27,765 nucleotides of DNA. Origin: an uncultured virus (IMG/VR IMGVR_UViG_3300032218_002295). Lineage: Duplodnaviria; Heunggongvirae; Uroviricota; Caudoviricetes. Of the stretch, positions 1 to 7,766 are shown in pieces. Position numbers and translations under genes: made by a program. Numbering within the stretch: position 1 is the stretch's first letter; each line of letters opens with the position of its first letter. The notes under the pieces were generated by a model. That model was not told the DNA's origin, made no database searches, and saw only the letters and a list, made by a program, of their open reading frames with translations. The stretch lies in the IMG/VR virus record IMGVR_UViG_3300032218_002295. One strand, given 5' to 3'.

Positions 1-338
1 TGCATCATTGCTGCTTTTCCGATTGTCATCAATACCGGGTGGTGCTCTTTAAGAGCCATACCCCGCATCAATGATTCTTTGGTCTTACTAGTGCTACTGT
101 AAGGACCATCGAAGAAATACTGTGATGCTGCAATAGCAAATAAACCCAATGACATTTCTGGATTTGCAGAGTTGGTGTGAACCTCATCTGCAAGATTGAA
201 CCAGAAGTCTGGGTCATACTTGCTGAAGTTGGCATAGTCGCAGAACATTGGCTTATAATTAATAAGCACAACGAGCTGCGCTATGTCCGACTTCTCAGCA
301 TCACGTTTGAGAGCCCTATCTAGAATCTCTCTGAACAT
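1..338 (-). CDS. Hypothetical protein, truncated at window start (MFREILDRALKRDAEKSDIAQLVVLINYKPMF...)
   Basis: Not in the ORF track. GGGAGG SD 5 nt before ATG at 338, directly after the VWA gene stop. The frame stays open to base 1. Confidence 0.8.
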   Translation of the reverse strand, partial: MFREILDRALKRDAEKSDIAQLVVLINYKPMFCDYANFSKYDPDFWFNLADEVHTNSANPEMSLGLFAIAASQYFFDGPYSSTSKTKESLMRGMALKEHHPVLMTIGKAAMM

Positions 339-349
339 GATTGCCTCCC

Positions 350-2335
350 TTATCTACTTATCCTGCGCTTTTTGATTGCACCAACTACTACCGATTTGGC
401 TAGTTGGAGTAGGTCTTTGCCGCCATTGATTCGGGCAAAGATTTCTGCACCATGCTGCAGATCATAGCGTGGCTTACCGTGCTGCGCTATGAACTGGCTG
501 TTTGTGTTGGAGACGTCATTGTATGACGCTTCATCCATGATGAGAACTAGAGTTGTTAGAACTCCACGCTTACCGAGTCGCGTAATGATGTCGTTGTTCT
601 TGGCGGAATCAAAGATACCGTCAGTAATAAGGAACATCATCTTGTTAGCTTTTTGAGACATCATAAAGGTTCGCTCAGCTAGGAGCAACGAATCGTGAGG
701 ATCCGTGCCACCATTACCAAAGATGAACCGATAGTTTGTCCTCTCGGCTTTGTCTGTCTTACGATATGCAGTCTCATTCTTATCATCGAATGCATACACT
801 GTAACCGGACAATCAATACTCTCAAGAGCACGCTTAATAGTCCAGCATGCAATTGAGGCTTTTTGATCATTACGTCCAGAACACATTGAAGACGAACGAT
901 CGATTAAGATAACAGCTTCAATGTCTGTGGAGTCATCCCCCTCAGTCCATTGATCGAAAGCTTTATCGATCTCAGCACCACGCATAACACGTAGAACATT
1001 CAGCTTGCCAGTTGGAGTCTCTCGAAGCCAACCTGGTTCTGAATCATCTTTGAGCTTACGTAGTTCATTAGCAAACTTTTTATAATCCATAAGTGCTGCG
1101 GCTGGAACTCTGGTGCTCTCGAACTTACCGAGTGGTGCATCAGCATCCCAGTTCTCATCACCATGGACGATAATGTTTTGCTTGCGCTTGATATCTTTGA
1201 TAACATCTTTTCTATTGTAAATAGTTTGGAGGTCATCATTTAGTTTGTCATTCAGATCTTTGGGAAGTCCACCCTCACTTTTGACGTGGGTATTACCCCA
1301 GGTCTTGCTAAGGGATTCATTCTTCTGCTGATTCTTTTCACGTTCTTGAATTGCTTCATCAGCAGTCTGTGTAATAGTCTCGCCACTACCTTGAGGCATA
1401 CCACCCGGTGTATTACCAGGAGTAATACTTATAGGACCTTCTCCATCACCTTCGCCACTACTTTCTGTTGGCATACAGCCACCAGTCTGTGGTGTTTCTT
1501 GTGATTGTTCGGCAGGTTCTTTTGGTATGTAGAAAGACTCAGGCTTACCCATTCCATTTGCAACTTTAGCATCACGCTCTTGCGCTTTGCCAGGCTCTGG
1601 TCTACCCTTTTTAATAGGTAAACGAGAGTCGCAACCACCAAGACCACACTGAGGTGGAATATCTAACTGAGATATTACCAAGTCATGGAACTCTTGAATG
1701 AGTTTTTCTGCTCGCTTATAATCCCGAGGGAATGCTAAGCAACGATACTCATTGGTGATGCGTTGAATGTCTGGGATAAGTTCTGGCTTATAGAACAGAT
1801 CTCTGAATGCTTCACGAATACCGACGTCAATGTGTCTACGACCTGCAATGAGAGGATAGTTAGTAAAGGCAGCGTCTGGTGTGCTTTGAAGCCACACTAA
1901 AGCTGCAGTCTGAAGATACGGCATAACACTTGGATACCTAGCACAGAGTAAAGACTCGATGCGTTGATCTTCCAGGATATTGAATGCAGTATAGTAATCA
2001 TTATTGATTACCCACTTTACTAGGTTAGTTCCCTCACGAGGTGTATAGAAATGATGGGCTAGCTCATGGTAGTTGAGGCCAGAGAGCTTAGTTAGCATTT
2101 CCATAGACATATCGCCGATGTATTTTTCGTTGATATATATGTTTTCACCATCGGACCAAGTAACAGCCGGACCATCCGATACAACATTAACGTTGATTGG
2201 ATCGCCTGTGAGGATGCGGTCAGCACCCTCATAGACCCGAGACATAGCTGAGAGCTGTAAAGCTCTCAGCTGTGCCGCTTCGGTCTTAACTGCACTGGAA
2301 CGACGGCTAGACTCTTCATCATCTATATACGCCAT
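350..2335 (-). CDS. CobT-like / VWA-domain protein with N-terminal HEXXH metallopeptidase-like region (partner of the adjacent AAA+ ATPase)
   Basis: NYHELAH (HEXXH) and FNILEDQRIE motifs, an acidic/Gly-Pro linker, and a C-terminal VWA with MIDAS DRSSS, GGT and ITDG. Lies directly downstream of a MoxR-type ATPase. Confidence 0.9.
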   Translation of the reverse strand: MAYIDDEESSRRSSAVKTEAAQLRALQLSAMSRVYEGADRILTGDPINVNVVSDGPAVTWSDGENIYINEKYIGDMSMEMLTKLSGLNYHELAHHFYTPREGTNLVKWVINNDYYTAFNILEDQRIESLLCARYPSVMPYLQTAALVWLQSTPDAAFTNYPLIAGRRHIDVGIREAFRDLFYKPELIPDIQRITNEYRCLAFPRDYKRAEKLIQEFHDLVISQLDIPPQCGLGGCDSRLPIKKGRPEPGKAQERDAKVANGMGKPESFYIPKEPAEQSQETPQTGGCMPTESSGEGDGEGPISITPGNTPGGMPQGSGETITQTADEAIQEREKNQQKNESLSKTWGNTHVKSEGGLPKDLNDKLNDDLQTIYNRKDVIKDIKRKQNIIVHGDENWDADAPLGKFESTRVPAAALMDYKKFANELRKLKDDSEPGWLRETPTGKLNVLRVMRGAEIDKAFDQWTEGDDSTDIEAVILIDRSSSMCSGRNDQKASIACWTIKRALESIDCPVTVYAFDDKNETAYRKTDKAERTNYRFIFGNGGTDPHDSLLLAERTFMMSQKANKMMFLITDGIFDSAKNNDIITRLGKRGVLTTLVLIMDEASYNDVSNTNSQFIAQHGKPRYDLQHGAEIFARINGGKDLLQLAKSVVVGAIKKRRISR

Positions 2336-2347
2336 TATCGTCCTTCT

Positions 2348-3790
2348 CTACTTGTTGTTGGATTTCAGCCAAGCATCGACTTCTTCGCCAATGGTCTCAA
2401 CTGCGGGATCTGTTGCTGTATTCGCTTCGTCTTTATGTAAGCCGAAGTCTGACTTGATATTGTATTCGTGTGTCATGAGGACAAGTGCAACCTTTTCTTG
2501 CTCTTCTTTATCGAAGTGAGCAACAAAGTTAGCAATTGCGAACTCATAATTGAACTGAACAATTTCTTCAAGCTCCATCAACATGTTGGTTGAGATAGGT
2601 GTATCAATCTCACCCTTAGCAGACTCACTGCGTAATTGCTTAGCAATTGTGAGAATTGCCTTGGACTTAACCAACTTGGCTTCTACTTCATCGTCATAAT
2701 CCCATGGAATTTGGATTGTAAAACGATTTCGCATTGCGAAGTTGAGTGGAGTGGTGCCGATGTAATCTGGATTCATAGTAGCAAATACAGTCAGGTCTGG
2801 ATGAGCCTGAATGGTTTCACCATGATGATCCAGAAGAATCAAACAACGACGACCATCAATCAAGGAATACAGGATGGTATAGATCTTAGGTGAGATGAAG
2901 TTCAATTCGTCAAGAATTAAAACACCACCATTACGGACAACGTCAGTTACTGGACCGTCAATCCACTCAAAGCCACCTTTACCGTCTGGAACATATTTTC
3001 CAATCAGTTGGCTTGGCTCAAGAGCAGCATTACCGGATACAGCAGCAAGACGTAGTCTATTTTTTGCAGCCCATGCAATAACAGATGTTGTTTTACCAGG
3101 GCCAGTTGGGCCGTAGATAAGAACTTCACGCTTATTGGCTCGTGCATAGTCGAAGACATCAAAGTCAAGAACACCACCCGTTAGATTACGGTTGATATAC
3201 TTGTCAGCAGCTTCGATAGGGGGAATACTTGCCAGGGCGATCTTGAGTTTGCCGGAAGAATTAACTTCCTCATACTCAACATCCTCAATCACAACGTCAG
3301 CCTGAACGGCGTCAGCGGCGATTGTTTGTGTTGGCGATGCAATGAATGGCGTTTCTTCTTGAGAATCACGTTGACGACGTAAGTCAATAACTTGTGCTTC
3401 TAATGATGTGTCATTGCTGCTGACCTGATCGTGAAGAGATGTGATTCGTTGTGCAACTGAACCAAACTCCTCATCTTTCTCAGCATTCTCATAAGCAGAC
3501 ATTGCCTTTGTAGACAATACAGGGGACCAACCATTCTCACGAATGGCTTGCTCATCTGCTGCTGTAACATGAATGCCAAGCGGCTTAACAGTAATGTATT
3601 CATTAGAAGACATAGTTGTATTCAACAATACAGGCAGAGAAGTTTCTTCCCAGCGGTTGTGTTTCCCCGCTGTTCCGTCTGTTGTGCGTGAATAGACTTT
3701 GGTTGTCCCATCGATAGGAACGATAAGAGTTTGTCGCTTCTTATCTTCCATAGACGGTTCATATGTCTCTACGAACATCGCTATATTCAT
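2348..3790 (-). CDS. MoxR/CbbQ/CobS-type AAA+ ATPase with long N-terminal extension
   Basis: Walker A GPTGPGKT, Walker B VLILDELN, sensor-1 ATMNP, Arg finger AMRNRF and the family-typical EWIDGPV segment. VWA partner is adjacent. Confidence 0.92.
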   Translation of the reverse strand: MNIAMFVETYEPSMEDKKRQTLIVPIDGTTKVYSRTTDGTAGKHNRWEETSLPVLLNTTMSSNEYITVKPLGIHVTAADEQAIRENGWSPVLSTKAMSAYENAEKDEEFGSVAQRITSLHDQVSSNDTSLEAQVIDLRRQRDSQEETPFIASPTQTIAADAVQADVVIEDVEYEEVNSSGKLKIALASIPPIEAADKYINRNLTGGVLDFDVFDYARANKREVLIYGPTGPGKTTSVIAWAAKNRLRLAAVSGNAALEPSQLIGKYVPDGKGGFEWIDGPVTDVVRNGGVLILDELNFISPKIYTILYSLIDGRRCLILLDHHGETIQAHPDLTVFATMNPDYIGTTPLNFAMRNRFTIQIPWDYDDEVEAKLVKSKAILTIAKQLRSESAKGEIDTPISTNMLMELEEIVQFNYEFAIANFVAHFDKEEQEKVALVLMTHEYNIKSDFGLHKDEANTATDPAVETIGEEVDAWLKSNNK

Positions 3791-3846
3791 TTGCCTTACC
3801 CTTTCAGTTTGAGGTTAACTGCATACCTGAATTGATATGCAGGCCG

Positions 3847-3891
3847 TGTGCTAGTTAGGATTCGAACCTAACATTAGCGCCAACCTAGCAC
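3847..3891 (-). ncRNA. Minimal tRNA-like element (acceptor stem + T arm, no anticodon arm)
   Basis: Minus strand reads GTGCTAG-GTTGGCGCTAATG-TTAGG-TTCGAAT-CCTAA-CTAGCAC-A: perfect 7-bp acceptor stem, 5-bp T stem, canonical T loop, discriminator A, no CCA. Confidence 0.75.
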
Positions 3892-3893
3892 TG

Positions 3894-3938
3894 AAAGAAG
3901 AGAAGAGCCAGCGCCGATAGCAGACACGCTGGCCCTTC
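3894..3938 (-). terminator. Terminator-like hairpin upstream of the tRNA-like element
   Basis: Minus strand GAAGGGCCAGCGT...GCGCTGGCTCTTC (13-bp stem with G-U pairs) followed by pyrimidine tract TCTTCTTT. Confidence 0.5.
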
Positions 3939-4100
3939 ACCTACAGATTACTTACTCAATGAAGAAGATACTTTAGTTGTGATATCGCACTTGTACCCCA
4001 CGCTATAGTTCTAAAAAGAATCACCGATAAACAGACGTGCATTCGAATTAGAGACTGCAATGACCGACGTTGCTTACTCCCTGTTTCTCTAATAAAGAGC

Positions 4101-4763
4101 CTAGCCCTCGGTAGGTTCTTCGTCAAGGATGAAGCCGGTTGCAATATCTAATCGCAGCGGCTTTCCATCCCACTCAGTAGGTATGTTTTTACCACCCCAC
4201 TGAATCTTTCCTGTTTCTTTACACGAACTACACGCAGCAATTTCGCGGTGTGGTTCTGAGGTATTATTATTGGTGCAGTGATGAAAGATGCCTATAGATC
4301 TATTATCAAATGTCTTGATAGTTCTATAAGGAGAAGAATCACCATTACAAGTAAAGGTAAATGTTCCTTGACCTCTGCATTTAGAGCAGCGTCTAACCTT
4401 TAGTGGTGTAGTTGGGTCAAAACTACGGTGTAAATAATACTTGCCGTTTTTATAACCTAACTCTTTGAGGTTTGCATACTGGGCAACAACTCTACGAATA
4501 GATGGTCGCATAGCCCGCCAATTGGTTGTGTCGGGCAAGATTACAACACCATTAGGTTTGTATGTTAGAAATACAAAACTATGATAGTTGTATCGCAAGT
4601 GAATTGTTTCTGAATCAATAAGATACAGAGTCAATCCACGGTCATATAAATACCGCTTTTCATCTGGCGTTTGACCTGCTTTTATAAATGCTAAGGCTGA
4701 ATCAAAGTCATGGACTTTAGCGTCTTTATTACAGGGCAGGATTTGTTCAAGATCTACTGGCAA
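4101..4763 (-). CDS. Hypothetical protein with DnaJ-type zinc-finger motifs
   Basis: CSKCRGQG and CSSCKETG (CxxCxGxG-like). AGGAGG SD 6 nt before TTG at 4763, which fits better than the track start at 4811. Confidence 0.75.
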   Translation of the reverse strand: MPVDLEQILPCNKDAKVHDFDSALAFIKAGQTPDEKRYLYDRGLTLYLIDSETIHLRYNYHSFVFLTYKPNGVVILPDTTNWRAMRPSIRRVVAQYANLKELGYKNGKYYLHRSFDPTTPLKVRRCSKCRGQGTFTFTCNGDSSPYRTIKTFDNRSIGIFHHCTNNNTSEPHREIAACSSCKETGKIQWGGKNIPTEWDGKPLRLDIATGFILDEEPTEG

Positions 4764-4773
4764 TATACACCTC

Positions 4774-5091
4774 CTAGATGTCGTGGATCTTTTTCTTGCG
4801 TAGTTTGGCACGTTGCTCTTGTGTCATTCCACCCCAGATACCATAGTTCTGTTCAGTATCAAAGGCAAACTGACGACAGGCGTCGATAACGGGACACTGT
4901 GCACAGATTGCTAAAGCTCTCTGTATTCGAGCGTCTTTAACTTCACCACGCTCCATGTCCTCATAGAAGAAATCATCTCCACCTATTTGATTACATAGGG
5001 CTTGATCTTGCCATTTCCAGTTTGAATATACTGGAGCTGGCATCTTCTGATTGATTAGGGGTGGTTTGTATCTCTTACTTTTCGTAGACAT
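4774..5091 (-). CDS. whiB: WhiB-family (Wbl) Fe-S transcription regulator
   Basis: W..QALC, DFFY, AICAQCPVIDAC (four Cys), YGIWGGMT turn and a basic C-terminus. Start uncertain (5091 or 5100). Confidence 0.95.
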   Translation of the reverse strand: MSTKSKRYKPPLINQKMPAPVYSNWKWQDQALCNQIGGDDFFYEDMERGEVKDARIQRALAICAQCPVIDACRQFAFDTEQNYGIWGGMTQEQRAKLRKKKIHDI

Positions 5092-5341
5092 CGATCTCAA
5101 GCCTCAATACATCTGATGTATCTTGACTTTGGAACAACTTAACTACATTCTTCTTGTCAACTACAATGCCTGAGTCATCCCATCCGTAAGGGGATACAAA
5201 TAGGAACTCACGCTTATCTTCACAAGAAGGGGTTACCATACGGACATCAGCGATGTTATTAAGATCGATAGGTGCGCCGTATTCATAACTGTATTTGCGT
5301 ATTTCACGTAACAATTTACGTGTTTTAATTGCTTTAAACAC
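5075..5341 (-). CDS. Hypothetical protein
   Basis: AAAGGAG SD before GTG at 5341. Overlaps the whiB start in an operon-like arrangement. Confidence 0.75.
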   Translation of the reverse strand: MFKAIKTRKLLREIRKYSYEYGAPIDLNNIADVRMVTPSCEDKREFLFVSPYGWDDSGIVVDKKNVVKLFQSQDTSDVLRLEIDVYEK

Positions 5342-5366
5342 TAGCCTTCTCCTTTATTATGAGTGA

Positions 5367-5431
5367 TGAGCCTTTTTACCTTAGGTCATGCTCAGGACCA
5401 AGTAGCAGTTTTAATTAACATGCTCAGGTTA
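5367..5431 (-). promoter_or_regulatory. Tandem H-type pseudoknot-like RNA elements sharing loop CCUGAGCAUG
   Basis: Minus strand TAAC-CTGAGCAT-GTTA-ATTAAAAC-TGCT, then GGTC-CTGAGCAT-GACC-TAAGGTAAAAAG-GCTCA. Different stems, same loop, and A-rich tails complementary to the loop. Confidence 0.6.
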
Positions 5432-5524
5432 TTTGTGCAGCGGAAGAGACGATTTCAACACCCAGTGTTTCCCAGTCAAGTCGCTACCCAATGCTATGTG
5501 CGGCCGTGTTTGTGTTGGCGCACG

Positions 5525-5659
5525 TTATTCTGGGCGGGCAAGCTTATCAATGTCAGTGATTAGGTCTTTAACCTGCTCCTGCATTAATTCAAGCTGTTCT
5601 TCCAGAGATGCGAATAGAATATTTAAGTCTTGAACTATTCTCTTGATTTCACTACTCAT
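5525..5659 (-). CDS. Small coiled-coil protein, 44 aa (MSSEIKRIVQDLNILFASLEEQLELMQEQVKDLITDIDKLARPE)
   Basis: Below the ORF-track cutoff. GGAGG SD, ATGA overlap with the upstream stop, and a heptad pattern. Confidence 0.75.
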   Translation of the reverse strand: MSSEIKRIVQDLNILFASLEEQLELMQEQVKDLITDIDKLARPE

Positions 5660-5901
5660 GATGCCTCCGGAGTATTGAACATACTCCATCCATCTTCATT
5701 AATAGTGTATGGATGTTCAGCCCAGTAAGGTAAGCCATTGTCATCAATGTGCCAATGACCAACTAGACCTGAGATGTTCTTAGATTTAGGGATGACACGA
5801 ACCCATGTAGTTACATTGAGAACGTGCATCTTCAGTTTATTTGGTAAGCGTAAGAACACTTTGCCCGGAATCTTGTCGTAGATCCTTGCTTGTATGTTCA
5901 C
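5656..5901 (-). CDS. Hypothetical protein
   Basis: GGAGG SD 5 nt before GTG at 5901 (track start 5913). Stop is coupled to the next gene. Confidence 0.7.
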   Translation of the reverse strand: MNIQARIYDKIPGKVFLRLPNKLKMHVLNVTTWVRVIPKSKNISGLVGHWHIDDNGLPYWAEHPYTINEDGWSMFNTPEAS

Positions 5902-6010
5902 AGTTACCTCCATTCAATTTAATCAACTCTTTTGCAAAGACTATTGCAATAGTATTAATTGAGATTGGTTGACTTGATTTGATATTAAGATTGAACTGAT
6001 ACTGGTGCAT
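5837..6010 (-). CDS. Possible small protein, 57 aa (MHQYQFNLNIKSSQPISINTIAIVFAKELIKLNGG...)
   Basis: AAGGGAG SD before ATG at 6010, but it overlaps both neighbours, including ~65 nt of the downstream gene. Confidence 0.45.
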   Translation of the reverse strand: MHQYQFNLNIKSSQPISINTIAIVFAKELIKLNGGNCEHTSKDLRQDSGQSVLTLTK

Positions 6011-6266
6011 CAGATTCTCCCTTTTTGTAGACCTTTCCAGTCTTCCAATGTGGGATAGATGGGTGGTCAGCACGACCACCTAATGCTTTCCAGGCTTCAC
6101 GTCGAGCGTGTCCAGCCGCACTGCGACCTTCTACACGACCAGGACGTGATTCGAACTTAACCTTGACACCATCAGGGCCAGGATTCTTTTTCCATGCTTT
6201 ACCATTTGGACGGTTATCATTACGTCCTGTGCTTTTGGCGTTTCCGCCACCTTTACCCTTTGCCAC
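5985..6266 (-). CDS. Small Gly/Lys/Arg-rich hypothetical protein
   Basis: AAAGGAG SD before GTG at 6266. Basic, low-complexity sequence. Confidence 0.75.
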   Translation of the reverse strand: MAKGKGGGNAKSTGRNDNRPNGKAWKKNPGPDGVKVKFESRPGRVEGRSAAGHARREAWKALGGRADHPSIPHWKTGKVYKKGESDAPVSVQS

Positions 6267-6287
6267 TTAAGGCTCCTTTCGGGGGGA

Positions 6288-6791
6288 TTATTTACGCTGA
6301 GGAGACGATCTCCACAGATGATCACTTGCAGACTTAACATTTATAGCTGCTAAGCCCATTTCAACCAGCACATCATCGATGCGCCATTTCAACTCCTCTA
6401 ACGCACGAGGAGTGAATTTCATAAGTGCAATTTCCTTCTCATCTTGAATCATTAAGAAGGCTGATTCACCATCACTACAGCCGATGGTGTATGCAGTCTT
6501 GGTTTTGAAGACATTGCTCGTATGTGCGAATAGGGGATTGAGCAAGCCATGTCGTTTCCAAGCACCGACAATATCAAGGCAATTAGGTTCATCGCTTGAT
6601 TCTGTGCGGCGCCGGCGTTTGTTTGTGTTGGCAGCACTATTAGCCATATCAATGGCCTCATCTTCATGCTGTGTTATTGATTCGAGCTTGGCTTGGTTAT
6701 CTTTGATGACATCAGGATTAGAATTAATCTCATCCAATTTATCCTCAACCATATCCATAGCCTTGCGACTAGGAGTCTTTCTCTTAGTCAT
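6288..6791 (-). CDS. Hypothetical protein
   Basis: GGAGG SD, ATG coupled to the upstream stop, 167 aa. Confidence 0.8.
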   Translation of the reverse strand: MTKRKTPSRKAMDMVEDKLDEINSNPDVIKDNQAKLESITQHEDEAIDMANSAANTNKRRRRTESSDEPNCLDIVGAWKRHGLLNPLFAHTSNVFKTKTAYTIGCSDGESAFLMIQDEKEIALMKFTPRALEELKWRIDDVLVEMGLAAINVKSASDHLWRSSPQRK

Positions 6792-6889
6792 TTATTCCTC
6801 CGAACTATTGCAACAGTAATCCTAGTTACTATGTAACCAAAGACTAGCATTAGCAATGATGTGTCGGAGATGTCGAGGTGAATTATCAC
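6788..6889 (-). CDS. Small membrane peptide, 33 aa (MIIHLDISDTSLLMLVFGYIVTRITVAIVRRNK)
   Basis: AGGAGG SD 5 nt before GTG at 6889. Hydrophobic helix with a basic tail; ATGA overlap with the next gene. Confidence 0.7.
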   Translation of the reverse strand: MIIHLDISDTSLLMLVFGYIVTRITVAIVRRNK

Positions 6890-6926
6890 CGCTTCCTCCT
6901 ATGGTTCGGGCATTACTATCTGTCGA

Positions 6927-7157
6927 GAGACAGATAGGGAGCACACTCATGCTATACGTATCGATCTGTAATCGTAGTTAGAGCGCAGGCTGCAGACCAT
7001 TACTCGTTCTCAGAGCTCACACGGCTATCAGATATATATGCTCTGTTACCCAATAGCCTCACATCTCCTTTTGCGTGATTACATAGGCATGCCGAGGACG
7101 CACGGCTGTGGCCTCGGACGTAGATGTATAACTCTGAGTGTGCTTCCTACCAGTCCC
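6927..7157 (-). ncRNA. Candidate structured RNA element A (23-bp closing stem)
   Basis: Arms 6927-6949 and 7135-7157 are complementary (19 Watson-Crick, 2 G-U, 2 mismatches on minus). Nested inner stems and a pseudoknot at 7011-7058. Strand uncertain. Confidence 0.55.
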
Positions 7158-7264
7158 TACTTATGTTCTTTCATGTGGTTCTGCAAGGTGATGTGTGCAA
7201 AGCCAGAGCGAACCTCTATCTCTTTCTTACATACCTTACAGACCACAACCCTACCGGCTGCCAC
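7157..7264 (-). CDS. C2H2-like zinc-finger miniprotein, 35 aa (MAAGRVVVCKVCKKEIEVRSGFAHITLQNHMKEHK)
   Basis: TAGTG stop/start coupling, AGGA SD, and C-x2-C-x17-H-x3-H. Confidence 0.75.
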   Translation of the reverse strand: MAAGRVVVCKVCKKEIEVRSGFAHITLQNHMKEHK

Positions 7265-7530
7265 TAGTGATTCCTAGTAGTGAAATACTCCGCAGCATCA
7301 TTGACGTTATCAAAGTATTCACCCCACACGCAGCCCCCTGTGTGATGGTTGTAAGTCCATACAACAAAGGGATGGTATGAAGATGCCGGAGCATAACAAA
7401 GGATTACGTCTGAGCCTGGCATTCCTGGTTTTAGATTAAGAACGGTAGCGCCACTTGAGACACCACCATCACCCTGAAGGATGGTTCCAATCTTTATAGT
7501 TACAATTTCGGGGGACAATTTAGCCCTCAC
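7264..7530 (-). CDS. Hypothetical protein
   Basis: GTGA coupling with the upstream gene; aromatic-rich C-terminal half (HPFVVWTY...WGEYF). Confidence 0.75.
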   Translation of the reverse strand: MRAKLSPEIVTIKIGTILQGDGGVSSGATVLNLKPGMPGSDVILCYAPASSYHPFVVWTYNHHTGGCVWGEYFDNVNDAAEYFTTRNH

Positions 7531-7766
7531 TTTCTTAGTAGTCGGAACAGGTATCTAACCCACCAAGCATGGGTGGCAAAGAGCCTGTCTTTTGTTTCAT
7601 CAATACATACATCAAAGATTTCCGATTTGGGATTGTAATTAGTCATTACATCTTTGATTGCATCGTTGAGGAATAGAGAATCGTTTGCGGTGTAATCCTC
7701 GCGGTCTATCTTAGGCTCTTCACCTGAGTAATAGATAGATACAAGGATTGTCTTGCGCTTCAGCAT
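7527..7766 (-). CDS. Hypothetical protein
   Basis: AAAGGAGG SD and TAATG coupling. Confidence 0.75.
   Translation of the reverse strand: MLKRKTILVSIYYSGEEPKIDREDYTANDSLFLNDAIKDVMTNYNPKSEIFDVCIDETKDRLFATHAWWVRYLFRLLRK

Noticed and set aside
3847..3891. Functional tRNA gene or tmRNA
   Set aside because: No anticodon arm, no D stem, no G3-U70 pair and no tag reading frame.
3956..4144. 62-aa minus-strand ORF from the track
   Set aside because: Overlaps the upstream gene, has no SD and shows no protein-like features.
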